Source of the DNA: Bacteroidales bacterium
GTDB taxonomy: Bacteria; Bacteroidota; Bacteroidia; Bacteroidales; VadinHA17
DNA: 64,000 bases
Reading direction: 5' to 3'
Assembly: GCA_003141525.1 (NCBI GenBank)
Contig: PLML01000193.1
Span: 719 to 64,718, forward strand
A program made the translations under genes and the position numbers. The notes under the pieces are model-generated. The model was not told the DNA's origin. It was given only the letters and a program-made list of their open reading frames with translations, and made no database searches. Numbering within the stretch: the stretch's first letter is position 1; each line of letters starts with the position of its first letter. This document shows, piece after piece, positions 37,453-47,900 of this stretch.

Positions 37453-39624
37453 TTAATGTTGTTTTATAGTCGCCAAATCGGCATCCCATGGGTTCATCTC
37501 CTTGCATACTGTTATTTTTCCTTTACTGATTTTAATCCAATCCTTATCTGCTCTATTTTTTCCCCTGGGGTCTAAGCCTATTTCTTCCAATGTGATAGAT
37601 CCTTTAATTACCGCTGAACTGTCAGACAGATTGAATATGTTTATAACACACTCCTTCTTATCTGCTAAAACGTGAATATGGATATCTTCGTTGATGCCAT
37701 AGAAATCTCCCCGTTTAAAGAAATCCTCCAGCTCAATATATCGTTTCATCTCACGGTGGTGATTCTCAATAACTTTGGGATTGGGACTGTCACCGCCTAT
37801 GCCAAGGTGACGGGCAGTAGAAGCAAACCACCAAAGCCCCAGACTGTTTTCATTATCCAAACCGGTATTGATATGAAGATATAATGGTATGTTACACCCG
37901 AGATTGTAATAATACATGGCCAGGCCATTTTTATCCTTAATGTGATCCAAAGGATTCGCCCATAGCTCAAAACCCCAGTTTTCATCATAGCTTCCGGGAA
38001 GGCCGTATTTATAGTAAACCGGAGTAGATCGGGTCGGGTGTCCACCGTTCAACATGTCGTGCATCTCAATCAGCACATTCGGATACGCGTGATGAACACG
38101 GCGAGCCATTTCCACACAGGCATCAATATGGTCTTCGTAGAGATAGGGAACCGGGTGTCCGTGACTTTCATCTTCACAGAGACCATTCCACCATGTACCA
38201 TCAAACATTAAAAACACTACACCAGCTTCACAGAGATTAATAAGGCGTTTTTCAGCTTCAGCAAGAAACTGTTTTGATCCCATGCATATTTGAGGTCCGT
38301 CTTTGGCAGGAATGAGTAATCTTATTTTATTATCCATAGTATCTCTGAGCATACGACGGCTCGAAATCGGCCAGCTTTCAATGGCTGAAGGTCCCATCAA
38401 ATGTGGAATATTGGTTGTCCAGGGCGGCATGGGAGTGTGTAACGAAGTTTTAAGTCCGTAATTGTTTTCCATTACATGGATATAATCCTTGCAATCTCCC
38501 AGCCAATCAGTTCCCCATAAGAATGAGCCAAAACCTGTGTCCCAACCCGGATCAAGATAAAGTGCCTGACAGGAATGCTCTTTAGCCTTTTGTGCTTCTT
38601 TGAACATTCTGGTTCGGGAGTAAAGATTACGATTGGTCCAGGCGTCTCCAACGCTATAAAGCTCCTCCCAGTGTATAGGCGGATTGTAATTCTCCGGAAA
38701 CCGGCAGCCCATTTCGTCAAGCATGCTACGATATTGATAGGCAATCTGATTATAATCTCCTGAAATAGAATAAAACCGGTTCATACCCAGATAAACTGTA
38801 GCCGCTGGTTCAATTCGCTCTAACGCGGAGAGGTTGAGCCCTTCTTTATTGAAGCCCCCAAAACGAAGGTTACCTTTATCGTCGCAAGTTAAAGAACTGA
38901 AAATCATATTATCCTGATTGAAACTGAAGATACCCAATATCGCATTGCCGTGTCGCCAACCCCACCCTTCAGAAATGAAACTTTTAGAAGGATGGCGCTT
39001 AGGCAAGTTCCAGGTTATCTCACTTGTCTGAAAAACAAAACCATTTCCTTCAAATATCTCCTCGATAGTATAATCCTGGTACCTGGGTTTTGTTGGGACT
39101 GGGTATTCGGAACGATACAAAAATGGAACTGCCTGAAAATGATCCTGACAAAAATCAGTTGCAATCCTACCGTTGGTCTCTTTAACTTTTTTACAAAATG
39201 ATGTATTGAAATTTTTAACGTACCGGGTTACTCCTTGTGTGTTTGTAAGCTTCATCGTTTCCGTAAAAAAATTACTATTGGGGCTTACTATTATATCATG
39301 TTCTACTTCAAATCCACCCAGTAATCCTCTGATGCGAATCCTGTCGGATTGTACATTCAGTTTTGGAAGGGTCAACCCGGAAATTTGTCTGACTTTGTTT
39401 TCTTTTATCTCTTTAAGTTCATAAAGGTAATCTCCGTCTGCCCAAACTACATTTCGTTTGAGGTCGGTAATCTTTATATTAATATTGGTTGACATTATTA
39501 ACACTTCGACCTGGAAATATTGATTCACAATTTTAGCATGATCCGCATTATTTGAAAAGGCTTGAATATTAATGCATAACAGCAGCCCAACAACTAAATA
39601 GAGCATTATTTTTCTCATGGGCAA
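37453..39624 (-). CDS. Exported ~720-aa protein, paralog family 'X'
   Basis: 723 aa with an SPI signal ('IQAFSNNAD'). Motifs are 'ALYLDPGWDTGFGSF', 'FLMFDGTWWNGLCED', 'HGHPVPY', 'LIEMHDM' and 'LWWFASTARHLGIGG'. Confidence 0.55.
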   Translation of the reverse strand: MPMRKIMLYLVVGLLLCINIQAFSNNADHAKIVNQYFQVEVLIMSTNINIKITDLKRNVVWADGDYLYELKEIKENKVRQISGLTLPKLNVQSDRIRIRGLLGGFEVEHDIIVSPNSNFFTETMKLTNTQGVTRYVKNFNTSFCKKVKETNGRIATDFCQDHFQAVPFLYRSEYPVPTKPRYQDYTIEEIFEGNGFVFQTSEITWNLPKRHPSKSFISEGWGWRHGNAILGIFSFNQDNMIFSSLTCDDKGNLRFGGFNKEGLNLSALERIEPAATVYLGMNRFYSISGDYNQIAYQYRSMLDEMGCRFPENYNPPIHWEELYSVGDAWTNRNLYSRTRMFKEAQKAKEHSCQALYLDPGWDTGFGSFLWGTDWLGDCKDYIHVMENNYGLKTSLHTPMPPWTTNIPHLMGPSAIESWPISSRRMLRDTMDNKIRLLIPAKDGPQICMGSKQFLAEAEKRLINLCEAGVVFLMFDGTWWNGLCEDESHGHPVPYLYEDHIDACVEMARRVHHAYPNVLIEMHDMLNGGHPTRSTPVYYKYGLPGSYDENWGFELWANPLDHIKDKNGLAMYYYNLGCNIPLYLHINTGLDNENSLGLWWFASTARHLGIGGDSPNPKVIENHHREMKRYIELEDFFKRGDFYGINEDIHIHVLADKKECVINIFNLSDSSAVIKGSITLEEIGLDPRGKNRADKDWIKISKGKITVCKEMNPWDADLATIKQH

Positions 39625-39680
39625 TTGTATTAATTGATAACTTCAACAGGTTTGAGGAGTTCATTTTTAGAGAAAGGTAT

Positions 39681-42536
39681 TCATTGTTTTATATCATATA
39701 CAGGAGCTGTAACTGATTTTGAGTTCCACGCCTTGGCATAAACCTGCATAACCCCGATTTCCTCCGATTTATCTTTGTCCGGTATAAACATATAAACATC
39801 ACGCTTTTCACCTGCCAAAAGCGTAAAATAATTATCCTCAATATAAACTGTCTTGCTGTCCTCACAGTCCGTATCCAGCTTCACAAATAACCCAGGCGCC
39901 TTACCCGTGTTCCGTACTATCACTCTATATGTCTTTGTCTTCTTACCGTACCATTCCTGAATTTTTTCTAGCTTCACCGATATAGCCAGGTTCGTCTGCG
40001 TGGCAGTCAGCAGATTATTCATATACCCCTTTGGTATCGACTGCTCCTTATCAGCCCCAATGACCCCAAATGTATAAGTATGACCTGATAGTCTTTCTCC
40101 CTCTCTGTTATATAACTCAGTCACTATGAGAATCACCTTTCCTTCCAATTCCTTTGAAGGCACAAAAGTCACATCACCAACCCTGGTATTATCCTCCGCC
40201 ACTACATCGACCGCCCACTCCTGCTGACCCATAACCCTTCCATCCAGATCTACAACTTTCGCTTTAACTATAGACTTCTTCAATGCTTCCTTTCGTTCAC
40301 TGGTGACAAACAGCTTCATTCTCAATTGTTCCCCGCTACGTACATAAAGTGCCCCATACTCTGCACTCACATCAACCTCCGCGTAAGAATCCCGTGCATA
40401 ATAATAAGCCATCTTAGGCTGCCCATAATACTCCACAACACACCCATGTGCTGCATTCGGCCATGGCTCATTAAATGTCCAGGAAACGCAGGCGCTGCGA
40501 TGCCACTTATGCCTGCGATGTGCCTGGTTCGCGTATCTCAGCCCTTCTGCCTGGGCAAATTGACTTACCTGTACTTCCGTTCCCAGATCCTTCAGCTCGT
40601 TAAACAAAGGGCGATATATCTGCGACATCAACCACCACGACGTTTTCGGTGCATGATGATGATTCCAGTAAACGTTCTCACCGACAGGCCACAAACTGTC
40701 GGCAGGTATTATCCGCTTAAGTGTCTTAACCGATGATAAGCCGCTTGCCCCATATTCTGTCCATTCGATCGGGTCTGCGGGGCCGACATGAATATTTTGG
40801 CCTGTGTTGTATATGGCATACGCGTTGGGCCAGCCCTCGCCCTCTCCTCCGGGCGGGAAACTGAAATACCACGGGGCATGACGTTGAGCATCACAAACAG
40901 GGTCTGCTCTGTAAAACGGTCTCGTAGGGTCCATTTCCCTGCAAATATCCTCGAATTGGGCTACCTGGCTGCTGTTTTCACGCGTAGAATACAACTCATT
41001 ACCGAAAACATATCGCATAACACAGGGATGATTGATCAGAAGCCCCATTACCTGTCTCTGCTGCTGCGCACTGTTTGCCAATACCTCAGGTGTTTCAAGT
41101 GGTCGTGCTCCGGCGTTAGGCATCTCCTGCCATATCATTATTCCATACTCATCGCACAGATCATAAAATATCTGCTTTTCAATTAGTCCGCCTCCCCATA
41201 TCCGAAATACATTATAATTGCCCATTGCCGCCATCCTGATCAGATGCTCATATTCGCTCTTCCCGCTCCTGCCGGGCATCATATCAGTTGGCAAAAGATT
41301 TCCTCCTCTTGCAAATATTCTTCTTCCATTTATCGAAATCAGGTATTTCTGCTCCTTATCCTCGGGTAGCTCTTTTACTCCCGTTGTCCACTCAGCCTTC
41401 AACGCCCAATCATCGAAAACTTCAGAATCTTTCCCGCCCTCGTACCAATAATCCTGGTATTTCCTATTCTCTGATTTCGGGTTTGCCAGGATCTCCAACT
41501 CTCGAATCCCAAACCGAATTGACGCCTCATCCAGTACATCCCCCGTTCCCCTATCCTTCACAGTTACTTTCATTTCATACAGATTCTGTTCCCCGTATCC
41601 ATTAGGCCACCATAATTTAGGGCCATTAATGTCGACCGGAAACTCCAGAAGCTGCTTATCACCATAAATCCTCGTGTTATAACTCGCCGTCGCCTCTTGG
41701 GCCTCGGCAGTCACACATCGAACCTGGTAAATTATCTTGCAATCGTGAAATCCTTTCGAGCAAACTTTCACTTTCGACTTTATCCTTGCCTTATTATAAG
41801 GGTTTTTTGTCTCAGGGAATACCAGCACCTCACCGATAGATACTCCACTGCTCCCGACAAGCCGCACATCCTGCCATATCCCCACCGACCACAACGGTAT
41901 CCCGAAATCCCATCCTGTAACCACTCTGCTCTTCCAGAATTTCATCGTTCTGGTTATCTCATTATGAAAATCCTGGTGCTTCCCCGACGACAGTAACCTG
42001 ACTATATTCTTTGGAGCCGCTTCAATCAGTACAGTTAAAACATTCTCATCCCCGACTTTAACCAATTCCGTAACATCAAACTCAAAAGGCGTGAACTGTC
42101 CCTCGTGTGTACCCAAAAACTTCCGGTTAAGCCAAACCTTCGTCGCGTAATCTACTGCCTCAAACTTCAAGCGTACCTCTTTCCCTTTCCACTCTTCTCC
42201 AAGCTTAAAACTTTTCCGGTACCACCATTCCTTCGCAGGTACCTCAAACGCATTTAGGCTGTTTCGTCCCACATAGATATCCGCCAGTTTTCCCGCCCGC
42301 TCAAGATCCCAATGTACATCTCCCGGAACTTTAGCCGGAATGGCTTGAGTAAATGAATACTCATCTTTATAAAATCCTTCCTTCTCGCCTTGTTCGGGAG
42401 AAGCTGATACTATCTTCCAATCATCTCCACTTAAATTATAGGTTAATCTACCACCTCCCTGGGGAAAAGAGGTCACTGGGATTGTAATAATTAACAAATA
42501 CAGGAAACTGTTTTTAATGAGTTGAATTTTATTCAT
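39681..42536 (-). CDS. GH2-family glycosidase (beta-mannosidase-like subgroup), GC-rich paralog
   Basis: 951 aa with an SPI signal ('SFPQGG'). Motifs are 'VPGDVHWDLERA', 'KFEAVDYATKVWLNRKFLGTHEGQFTPFEFDVT', 'TGWDFG', 'WWPNGYGEQNLY', 'RIWGGG', 'VFGNELY' and 'WTEYGASGLSS'. Confidence 0.8.
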   Translation of the reverse strand: MNKIQLIKNSFLYLLIITIPVTSFPQGGGRLTYNLSGDDWKIVSASPEQGEKEGFYKDEYSFTQAIPAKVPGDVHWDLERAGKLADIYVGRNSLNAFEVPAKEWWYRKSFKLGEEWKGKEVRLKFEAVDYATKVWLNRKFLGTHEGQFTPFEFDVTELVKVGDENVLTVLIEAAPKNIVRLLSSGKHQDFHNEITRTMKFWKSRVVTGWDFGIPLWSVGIWQDVRLVGSSGVSIGEVLVFPETKNPYNKARIKSKVKVCSKGFHDCKIIYQVRCVTAEAQEATASYNTRIYGDKQLLEFPVDINGPKLWWPNGYGEQNLYEMKVTVKDRGTGDVLDEASIRFGIRELEILANPKSENRKYQDYWYEGGKDSEVFDDWALKAEWTTGVKELPEDKEQKYLISINGRRIFARGGNLLPTDMMPGRSGKSEYEHLIRMAAMGNYNVFRIWGGGLIEKQIFYDLCDEYGIMIWQEMPNAGARPLETPEVLANSAQQQRQVMGLLINHPCVMRYVFGNELYSTRENSSQVAQFEDICREMDPTRPFYRADPVCDAQRHAPWYFSFPPGGEGEGWPNAYAIYNTGQNIHVGPADPIEWTEYGASGLSSVKTLKRIIPADSLWPVGENVYWNHHHAPKTSWWLMSQIYRPLFNELKDLGTEVQVSQFAQAEGLRYANQAHRRHKWHRSACVSWTFNEPWPNAAHGCVVEYYGQPKMAYYYARDSYAEVDVSAEYGALYVRSGEQLRMKLFVTSERKEALKKSIVKAKVVDLDGRVMGQQEWAVDVVAEDNTRVGDVTFVPSKELEGKVILIVTELYNREGERLSGHTYTFGVIGADKEQSIPKGYMNNLLTATQTNLAISVKLEKIQEWYGKKTKTYRVIVRNTGKAPGLFVKLDTDCEDSKTVYIEDNYFTLLAGEKRDVYMFIPDKDKSEEIGVMQVYAKAWNSKSVTAPVYDIKQ

Positions 42537-42606
42537 TTCGTAATTTTATCATTTATAAAATAGTCAGAATTTCCAAAAGGTTATTTAATGATGACGCGGT
42601 AATGAA

Positions 42607-43824
42607 TTAGCTATTTTCTTTTTGAATTAATCTTATTTTATGCCCTTTCTTTGCATAAAACAATAAGTATAGATAAATGGGGACACAAATCAAATAAGCC
42701 ATTTGCATCGGATTACTACCAATATGTAAATCTGAAAGCAATCCAAACAAAAGCGGGATAACAGCTCCTCCGGCAATTCCCATTACTAATAAGGCAGCTC
42801 CATCATTTGTAAATTCTCCTAAGTCAGCTATTGCCAAGGGCCAAATAGTGGGCCAAATCAGTGAATTTCCCAAGCCTAACAATGCTACAAAATAAATAGC
42901 ATAGGTAAGAGGTAATAGACAAATAAAGGCGGAACTTATTATACCTATACAAGCACATATCTGTAAAGCAGCTGTTTGGGTCAGTTTTTTAGGAATAAAC
43001 AAAACTCCACATATATATCCTATTATCGTTGCAATAACTGTATAAGAACCATATTGCTCAGGATTTTCAAGCCCAATATTTGAAGCAAAATCAACTATAG
43101 AAGCCAAGGCAATTACTTCAACTCCTGAAAATAGGAATAGACCAGCAACTCCCAATAAAAGATGTGGAAATTGAAAAATGCTTGTTTTTAAGTTTGTTCC
43201 GTGTATGGAAGACGAATTTTCTTCATTGGCTATTTTGATTTCAGGAAGAGGTAAAAAGGGAGATAAAACACCAATTATAACAAATATTACTGTCATCAAC
43301 ATAAATGGGAAAGTTACATCAGACAAACTAACATTATTTAAATTAAGAAATAAACTAAGAAAAATTGGAGCTGCTGCCCATGCCAGTTTATTAAGTATTC
43401 CCATGATACTAATGCGTTTTGCAGCACTTTCTATTGGGCCTATAATAGTAATATATGGATTTACCGCAGCTTGCAATAAAGTATTTCCAGCGCCACTTAT
43501 AAATGAAGCTAATAAAAACAAGGGAAAACTTTGATATCTGGCTGATGGAATAAATAAAAAGAAGCCAACTGCAAAAATGAGGAAAGAAATCATCATGCTT
43601 CTTTTATAGCCTATTTTTTTAATAATTTTTCCTGAAGGATAACCACATACAACAAAAGCTGTATAAGCAGATGCAAGGATCAAGTAGGCTTGTGCAGAAG
43701 AAATACTAAATGCCTTTTTGAAAAATGGAATCAAAAAAGAATTAATTCCTAATGCAAAACCTATGAAAAAAAATTGGACGCCAATAATTAAAATCGGTAT
43801 TGCAAGATTATTTTTAGCAGTCAT
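42607..43824 (-). CDS. MFS sugar transporter (FucP / glucose-galactose GluP type)
   Basis: 405 aa with about 12 TM segments. 'FFFIGFALGINSFLIPFFKKAF', 'GKIIKKIGYKRSM' and 'GAGNTLLQAAVNPYITIIGPIESAAKR' match the conserved blocks of FucP/GluP-family permeases as I recall them. Confidence 0.75.
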   Translation of the reverse strand: MTAKNNLAIPILIIGVQFFFIGFALGINSFLIPFFKKAFSISSAQAYLILASAYTAFVVCGYPSGKIIKKIGYKRSMMISFLIFAVGFFLFIPSARYQSFPLFLLASFISGAGNTLLQAAVNPYITIIGPIESAAKRISIMGILNKLAWAAAPIFLSLFLNLNNVSLSDVTFPFMLMTVIFVIIGVLSPFLPLPEIKIANEENSSSIHGTNLKTSIFQFPHLLLGVAGLFLFSGVEVIALASIVDFASNIGLENPEQYGSYTVIATIIGYICGVLFIPKKLTQTAALQICACIGIISSAFICLLPLTYAIYFVALLGLGNSLIWPTIWPLAIADLGEFTNDGAALLVMGIAGGAVIPLLFGLLSDLHIGSNPMQMAYLICVPIYLYLLFYAKKGHKIRLIQKENS

Positions 43825-43835
43825 TTTGGGATATC

Positions 43836-44915
43836 TTAATAATTTCTTGATTGAGTAATTAAACCTAAACGATATAATTCTTCATGAATGAACAGACAAT
43901 TATTGATGTCATATTCATTTTCCAAGTGATAAGCGATCTTCAAAGGTCCATTATTATTTTCTTCCAAAATTCTATACAACCATTCTTTTACTTTTTCTTT
44001 TGAACTACCTTTCATCAAAATTTCAACAGCAGGAAATACATTGATTTCTATATTATTTCCTAGAATTTCTCTGATTTTTTTTACAGAAGTACCCGAACCA
44101 GTATCAATAACTCCCAGGTTTCTGATTTTAGCAAATGACTCTATTAAATAATCCGATTTGCCACAGCTATGAAGACGAATTTTACCTAATTTATCACCTA
44201 ATGTACTTATGTAAGGTACTATAAATTCTTCATACAATTCACGCGATAGCATTGTCCCTGAACATTCCCCGATATGAACGGATGTGACAGGCAAATTTGC
44301 TAATTTTGAAAAATATTTAATAATAGCAATATATACATCAGCAATCCATTGATTAATCGAATGTGCCAATTGTGGATTAACAAGTAGAAGAGTAATTATA
44401 TTTTCTCCCACTAGTTTGAGCGATGTAGTAATAATTCCATGAATTGTAGCTCTTCCCGAAAGATCCCAGAAAAAAGGAGGAATAACTGTCAAATCTGGTC
44501 GTGATTTTTGAATTTTAACAACTTCTTTGGTTAAATCTTTTATGAATTGGTGATTAAGCAATTTGTCAACTGGTGGTAATTCAAATGCATCTTTAATGTC
44601 TTTTAAAGGATATCCTGTCACATCAGAATCTTTATCTGCAAAGAATGAAAATTTAGCACCTAACATGACTGCTATTATCATATTCGGTTGTATAGCACCT
44701 ACCTGCACCAAATTTTCATTATAGAACTCTGCCTGAACTAAGTTATCTTCCATATTGTAAAGAGCATAGTTTGGAAATTTCTCTCGAAGAAATTTATTAA
44801 TTTCTCTATCTCTTTCAAGGCGAAATAATGGATTTAAATAATACTGACTATCAAATGTAAAACTCCCAGCTTGATGTAGCCATCCTTTTGAAACACTAGC
44901 TTGTATCTTTATCAT
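43836..44915 (-). CDS. Cytoplasmic uroporphyrinogen-decarboxylase (URO-D)-superfamily-like protein; function unknown
   Basis: 359 aa with no signal peptide. The N-terminal 'KGWLHQAGSF' resembles the URO-D signature 'PxWxMRQAGR'. The size and the later 'RLHSCGKSDYLIE' block fit the URO-D/MtaA TIM-barrel family. The stop is 11 nt from the MFS start. Assignment is tentative. Confidence 0.4.
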   Translation of the reverse strand: MIKIQASVSKGWLHQAGSFTFDSQYYLNPLFRLERDREINKFLREKFPNYALYNMEDNLVQAEFYNENLVQVGAIQPNMIIAVMLGAKFSFFADKDSDVTGYPLKDIKDAFELPPVDKLLNHQFIKDLTKEVVKIQKSRPDLTVIPPFFWDLSGRATIHGIITTSLKLVGENIITLLLVNPQLAHSINQWIADVYIAIIKYFSKLANLPVTSVHIGECSGTMLSRELYEEFIVPYISTLGDKLGKIRLHSCGKSDYLIESFAKIRNLGVIDTGSGTSVKKIREILGNNIEINVFPAVEILMKGSSKEKVKEWLYRILEENNNGPLKIAYHLENEYDINNCLFIHEELYRLGLITQSRNY

Positions 44916-44970
44916 GGCTTTAAATTTTGATATTTATTTTTAAGTTCATTTATTTATTATGTAAAAGTAC

Positions 44971-47900
44971 TTACTGCTGCTCCACAATCAATAACCACCC
45001 TTTTGTTGGCTCAATTGAAATCTTATCAAATATTCCAAAAGTTTTTTCTGGTTGAAATTTATCTATAAATGGGGCGGTTATTTTAACTTTATTTGGATTC
45101 AGTCCTGCCCGTGTGAAATCGATAGCAAGCGTAACTTCTGCTTTTTCTTTAGCCCAACTTGCAACACTTATAAGCATTCTCTTGTCTTTCAAATATGCTG
45201 TTGCTAACACATCTTTATTGGATGTAGTAACTACAGGTTTATCTTCCCAGTATCCGACCATCTGAGCATCAGCTATTCCAAAGCTATCCCATACCTTCCA
45301 AATTTCACTCGGACTACAAATTACGCCTTCTGTTGACCAGGGCAAGCGATTTGTCATTCCATAGACCATTCCACGCCATGGATTTCCTCCGGCGTGTAGC
45401 ATATCTCCCGTTAATCCAAATGGAATACCTGAAACTTCCACTAACCAATTTGCCGGAGGCATTGCATTATAATTAAAACTTTCTCCAAACCATAATTTAT
45501 CAATGTAAGGGAAGAACTCGGTATATTGTGTAGCCGGACCAATTGAAAATGCTGTATTGGAATGCAAATCAATCAAACAGCCAGGCTTTGTTTCGTTCAT
45601 TACTTTTCGAATACGTTTTAACATCTCTCTATCAAAAGAAACATCGTCAAGGTACAAACCATCTATATCAACATTTTTCACCAACCATTTCAATCCTTCA
45701 ATATAGTAATTGAACCAGCGAGAAGTACCTATAGAGGTTAATACTGATGCATCTACCAAGGTTGAATCAAGGTACTGATACCATTGTGGTGTATAATTAT
45801 CTACTAAATGCTCGCGCAACCAGGGATAGCCGCCACCATCGCCGCCTGAAAGAACTTCATCACCCAAACTGCGTAATGCCCAAATTTCTGTAACAAAATT
45901 GGTCAGCTCACGGATGGTATAATAAATTTTTACTTTCAAATCATTGCTATGCCACCGCCGAACAAAGTCTTTCATTGCATCGACCTCAACAAAGGGATAG
46001 TTTAAATGAGGATTGTACTTATTTGCGTGATGTAAATTTACAATTTTAATGCCGGCCAACAAATCTTCCGGACGAGGATCAGGACTTAATCCATCGTGAA
46101 AATAGCGATTTGTAAATTGACCTTTTGTATCTATTATTTTTACGGGAGTGATAATAAAAGCACATTCAAATTTAAGTTTTTCTCCCTGCTTTAGATCCCG
46201 CTCACCTGAATAAACTATGGCATTACGTTGCTCTCCGAAAGTTCTAATTTTGAAACCTCCTTTGCTATCGTTGTCCCAAGATTTAGGAAATTCTGGATGA
46301 TAAAGATTTAAGAGCGGTCCCATATATGATGCCCCTCGCAATTCGCAATACAAACCACCTTTGGTATTACCAATCCAAAGGGCATCGTGAGGGCCTTTCC
46401 ATTTTGCGTCATGATTTTCGGGCGTTTCGGTTCCAGGAAGTCCCATGCCCATCATATAATTGGAAAGGTCTTTTCTAAATGGTATATCCAATTGAATATC
46501 TGAAAAATCAATATCCTTTTTTGCCTCAATGTTAAAAGTATATTTTAGCCATCCATCAGATTCTACCTCTAAATGTGTAATTAAATTGATAAAATCATTA
46601 GATTGATAAATTTCTTTAATAAAGATCCCTGAGGCTTCTTTGAGAACTTTTGTTTCTTTCGTTTCGAAATGTAAAGGTTCATTATTTTTAAGAATGGAAT
46701 ACTTAATGGAAGCCGACAAAATCTCATTACCATATACATTTATTGAAGCAGGTAACCCGTCTTTTGCCAATTCCAGGTATTTGCCTGTAAGCAGCATTTT
46801 ATTTCCATTCAAAAGTTCTATTGGCTGATAGGGCGCTACATTTTCATCGTCAATTCCGGCAGTAGAGTTTAGCCAACGTAAGCGTGAATGTCGCCAGGTT
46901 TCGCTATCGCCTCTATCAGCCAATACATTATTTGTTACTTTTATTTCAAGTTCAATTTCTTTTTGTCCGGCATTTTTTGTTATAACAACAAGCTTCCCCT
47001 TGTAAGTATCGGCGGGAATATTCTGAGGAATATCAATACCTATCCACAATGGTAGTACCTTGGTTGTTGCAATATTTACTATTTTGGTAAAGGGCTTTCC
47101 CAAAGGGCTTATGCCATTTGTGTTAAAACAGGTAAAAGCAGATTTCTGCAAGGTGAATTTCGTGCTTTTTAAATCGTTGAATTCAATTTTTACATCCTCA
47201 ATATTATTAATAGCCCACAGTCCGACCTGGAAAGCATAATATTCGTTTTTATCGACAAGTCCCGAAAATTTATTGCTATTAGGCGTAATAATCCATCGTT
47301 GCGGAATATTGTCGAGCATTCGAATGGGAAATTTTCTATCTTCAGGAAAGAGTAAAAATTTATCCCTTGTGTTTCTGGCTAAATTCTCTTTTTCTTTTTT
47401 TGTAGCAATAATCTCCATCGGATAGAATGAGTCAAATGCTGTACGTGCTTGCATCTCAATGCATTCTGCTTCAATAAATTGCTTATTATTTTTGTTGATT
47501 AGGTTATTTTTCACCCATGCTTCGTCAGGCGGTTTTTCTTGCGGCAAATAATTTCGTCCATAGAATCCCCATCCTCCCTGAAGTTCGAATGGGAGGTAAT
47601 AGAAATAATACTTACCTGCATTAACTGGTCCAAACAGAAGTTCGCAAAACTCGTTATTTACATCTTTGCGATAGATATTTTTTACTGTATCACTTGTATT
47701 GGCATTGATGATAATGAATTTATGTTTATCCACCCCCTTATCATGACGTCGCCACTCAAGTAAAAGTCGTGCAACCTCTCCCGATTTAGGGATCTCAATT
47801 ACTGCTCGATGATTGCCAACAGATAAAGGAAAGAATGTAGGCATTGAATCTTTTCTTATTTTTGAAGGGTATTTCCCCATAATATCAGCCCAGGGTGTTT

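Noticed and set aside
40326-41186. Two long antisense ORFs (136 and 132 aa) opposite the GH2 gene 39681-42536
   Set aside because: They lie in the most GC-rich part of the window, where stop codons are rare on the opposite strand. The products are Pro/Arg/Cys-rich nonsense-like sequence, while the GH2 frame carries all family motifs.
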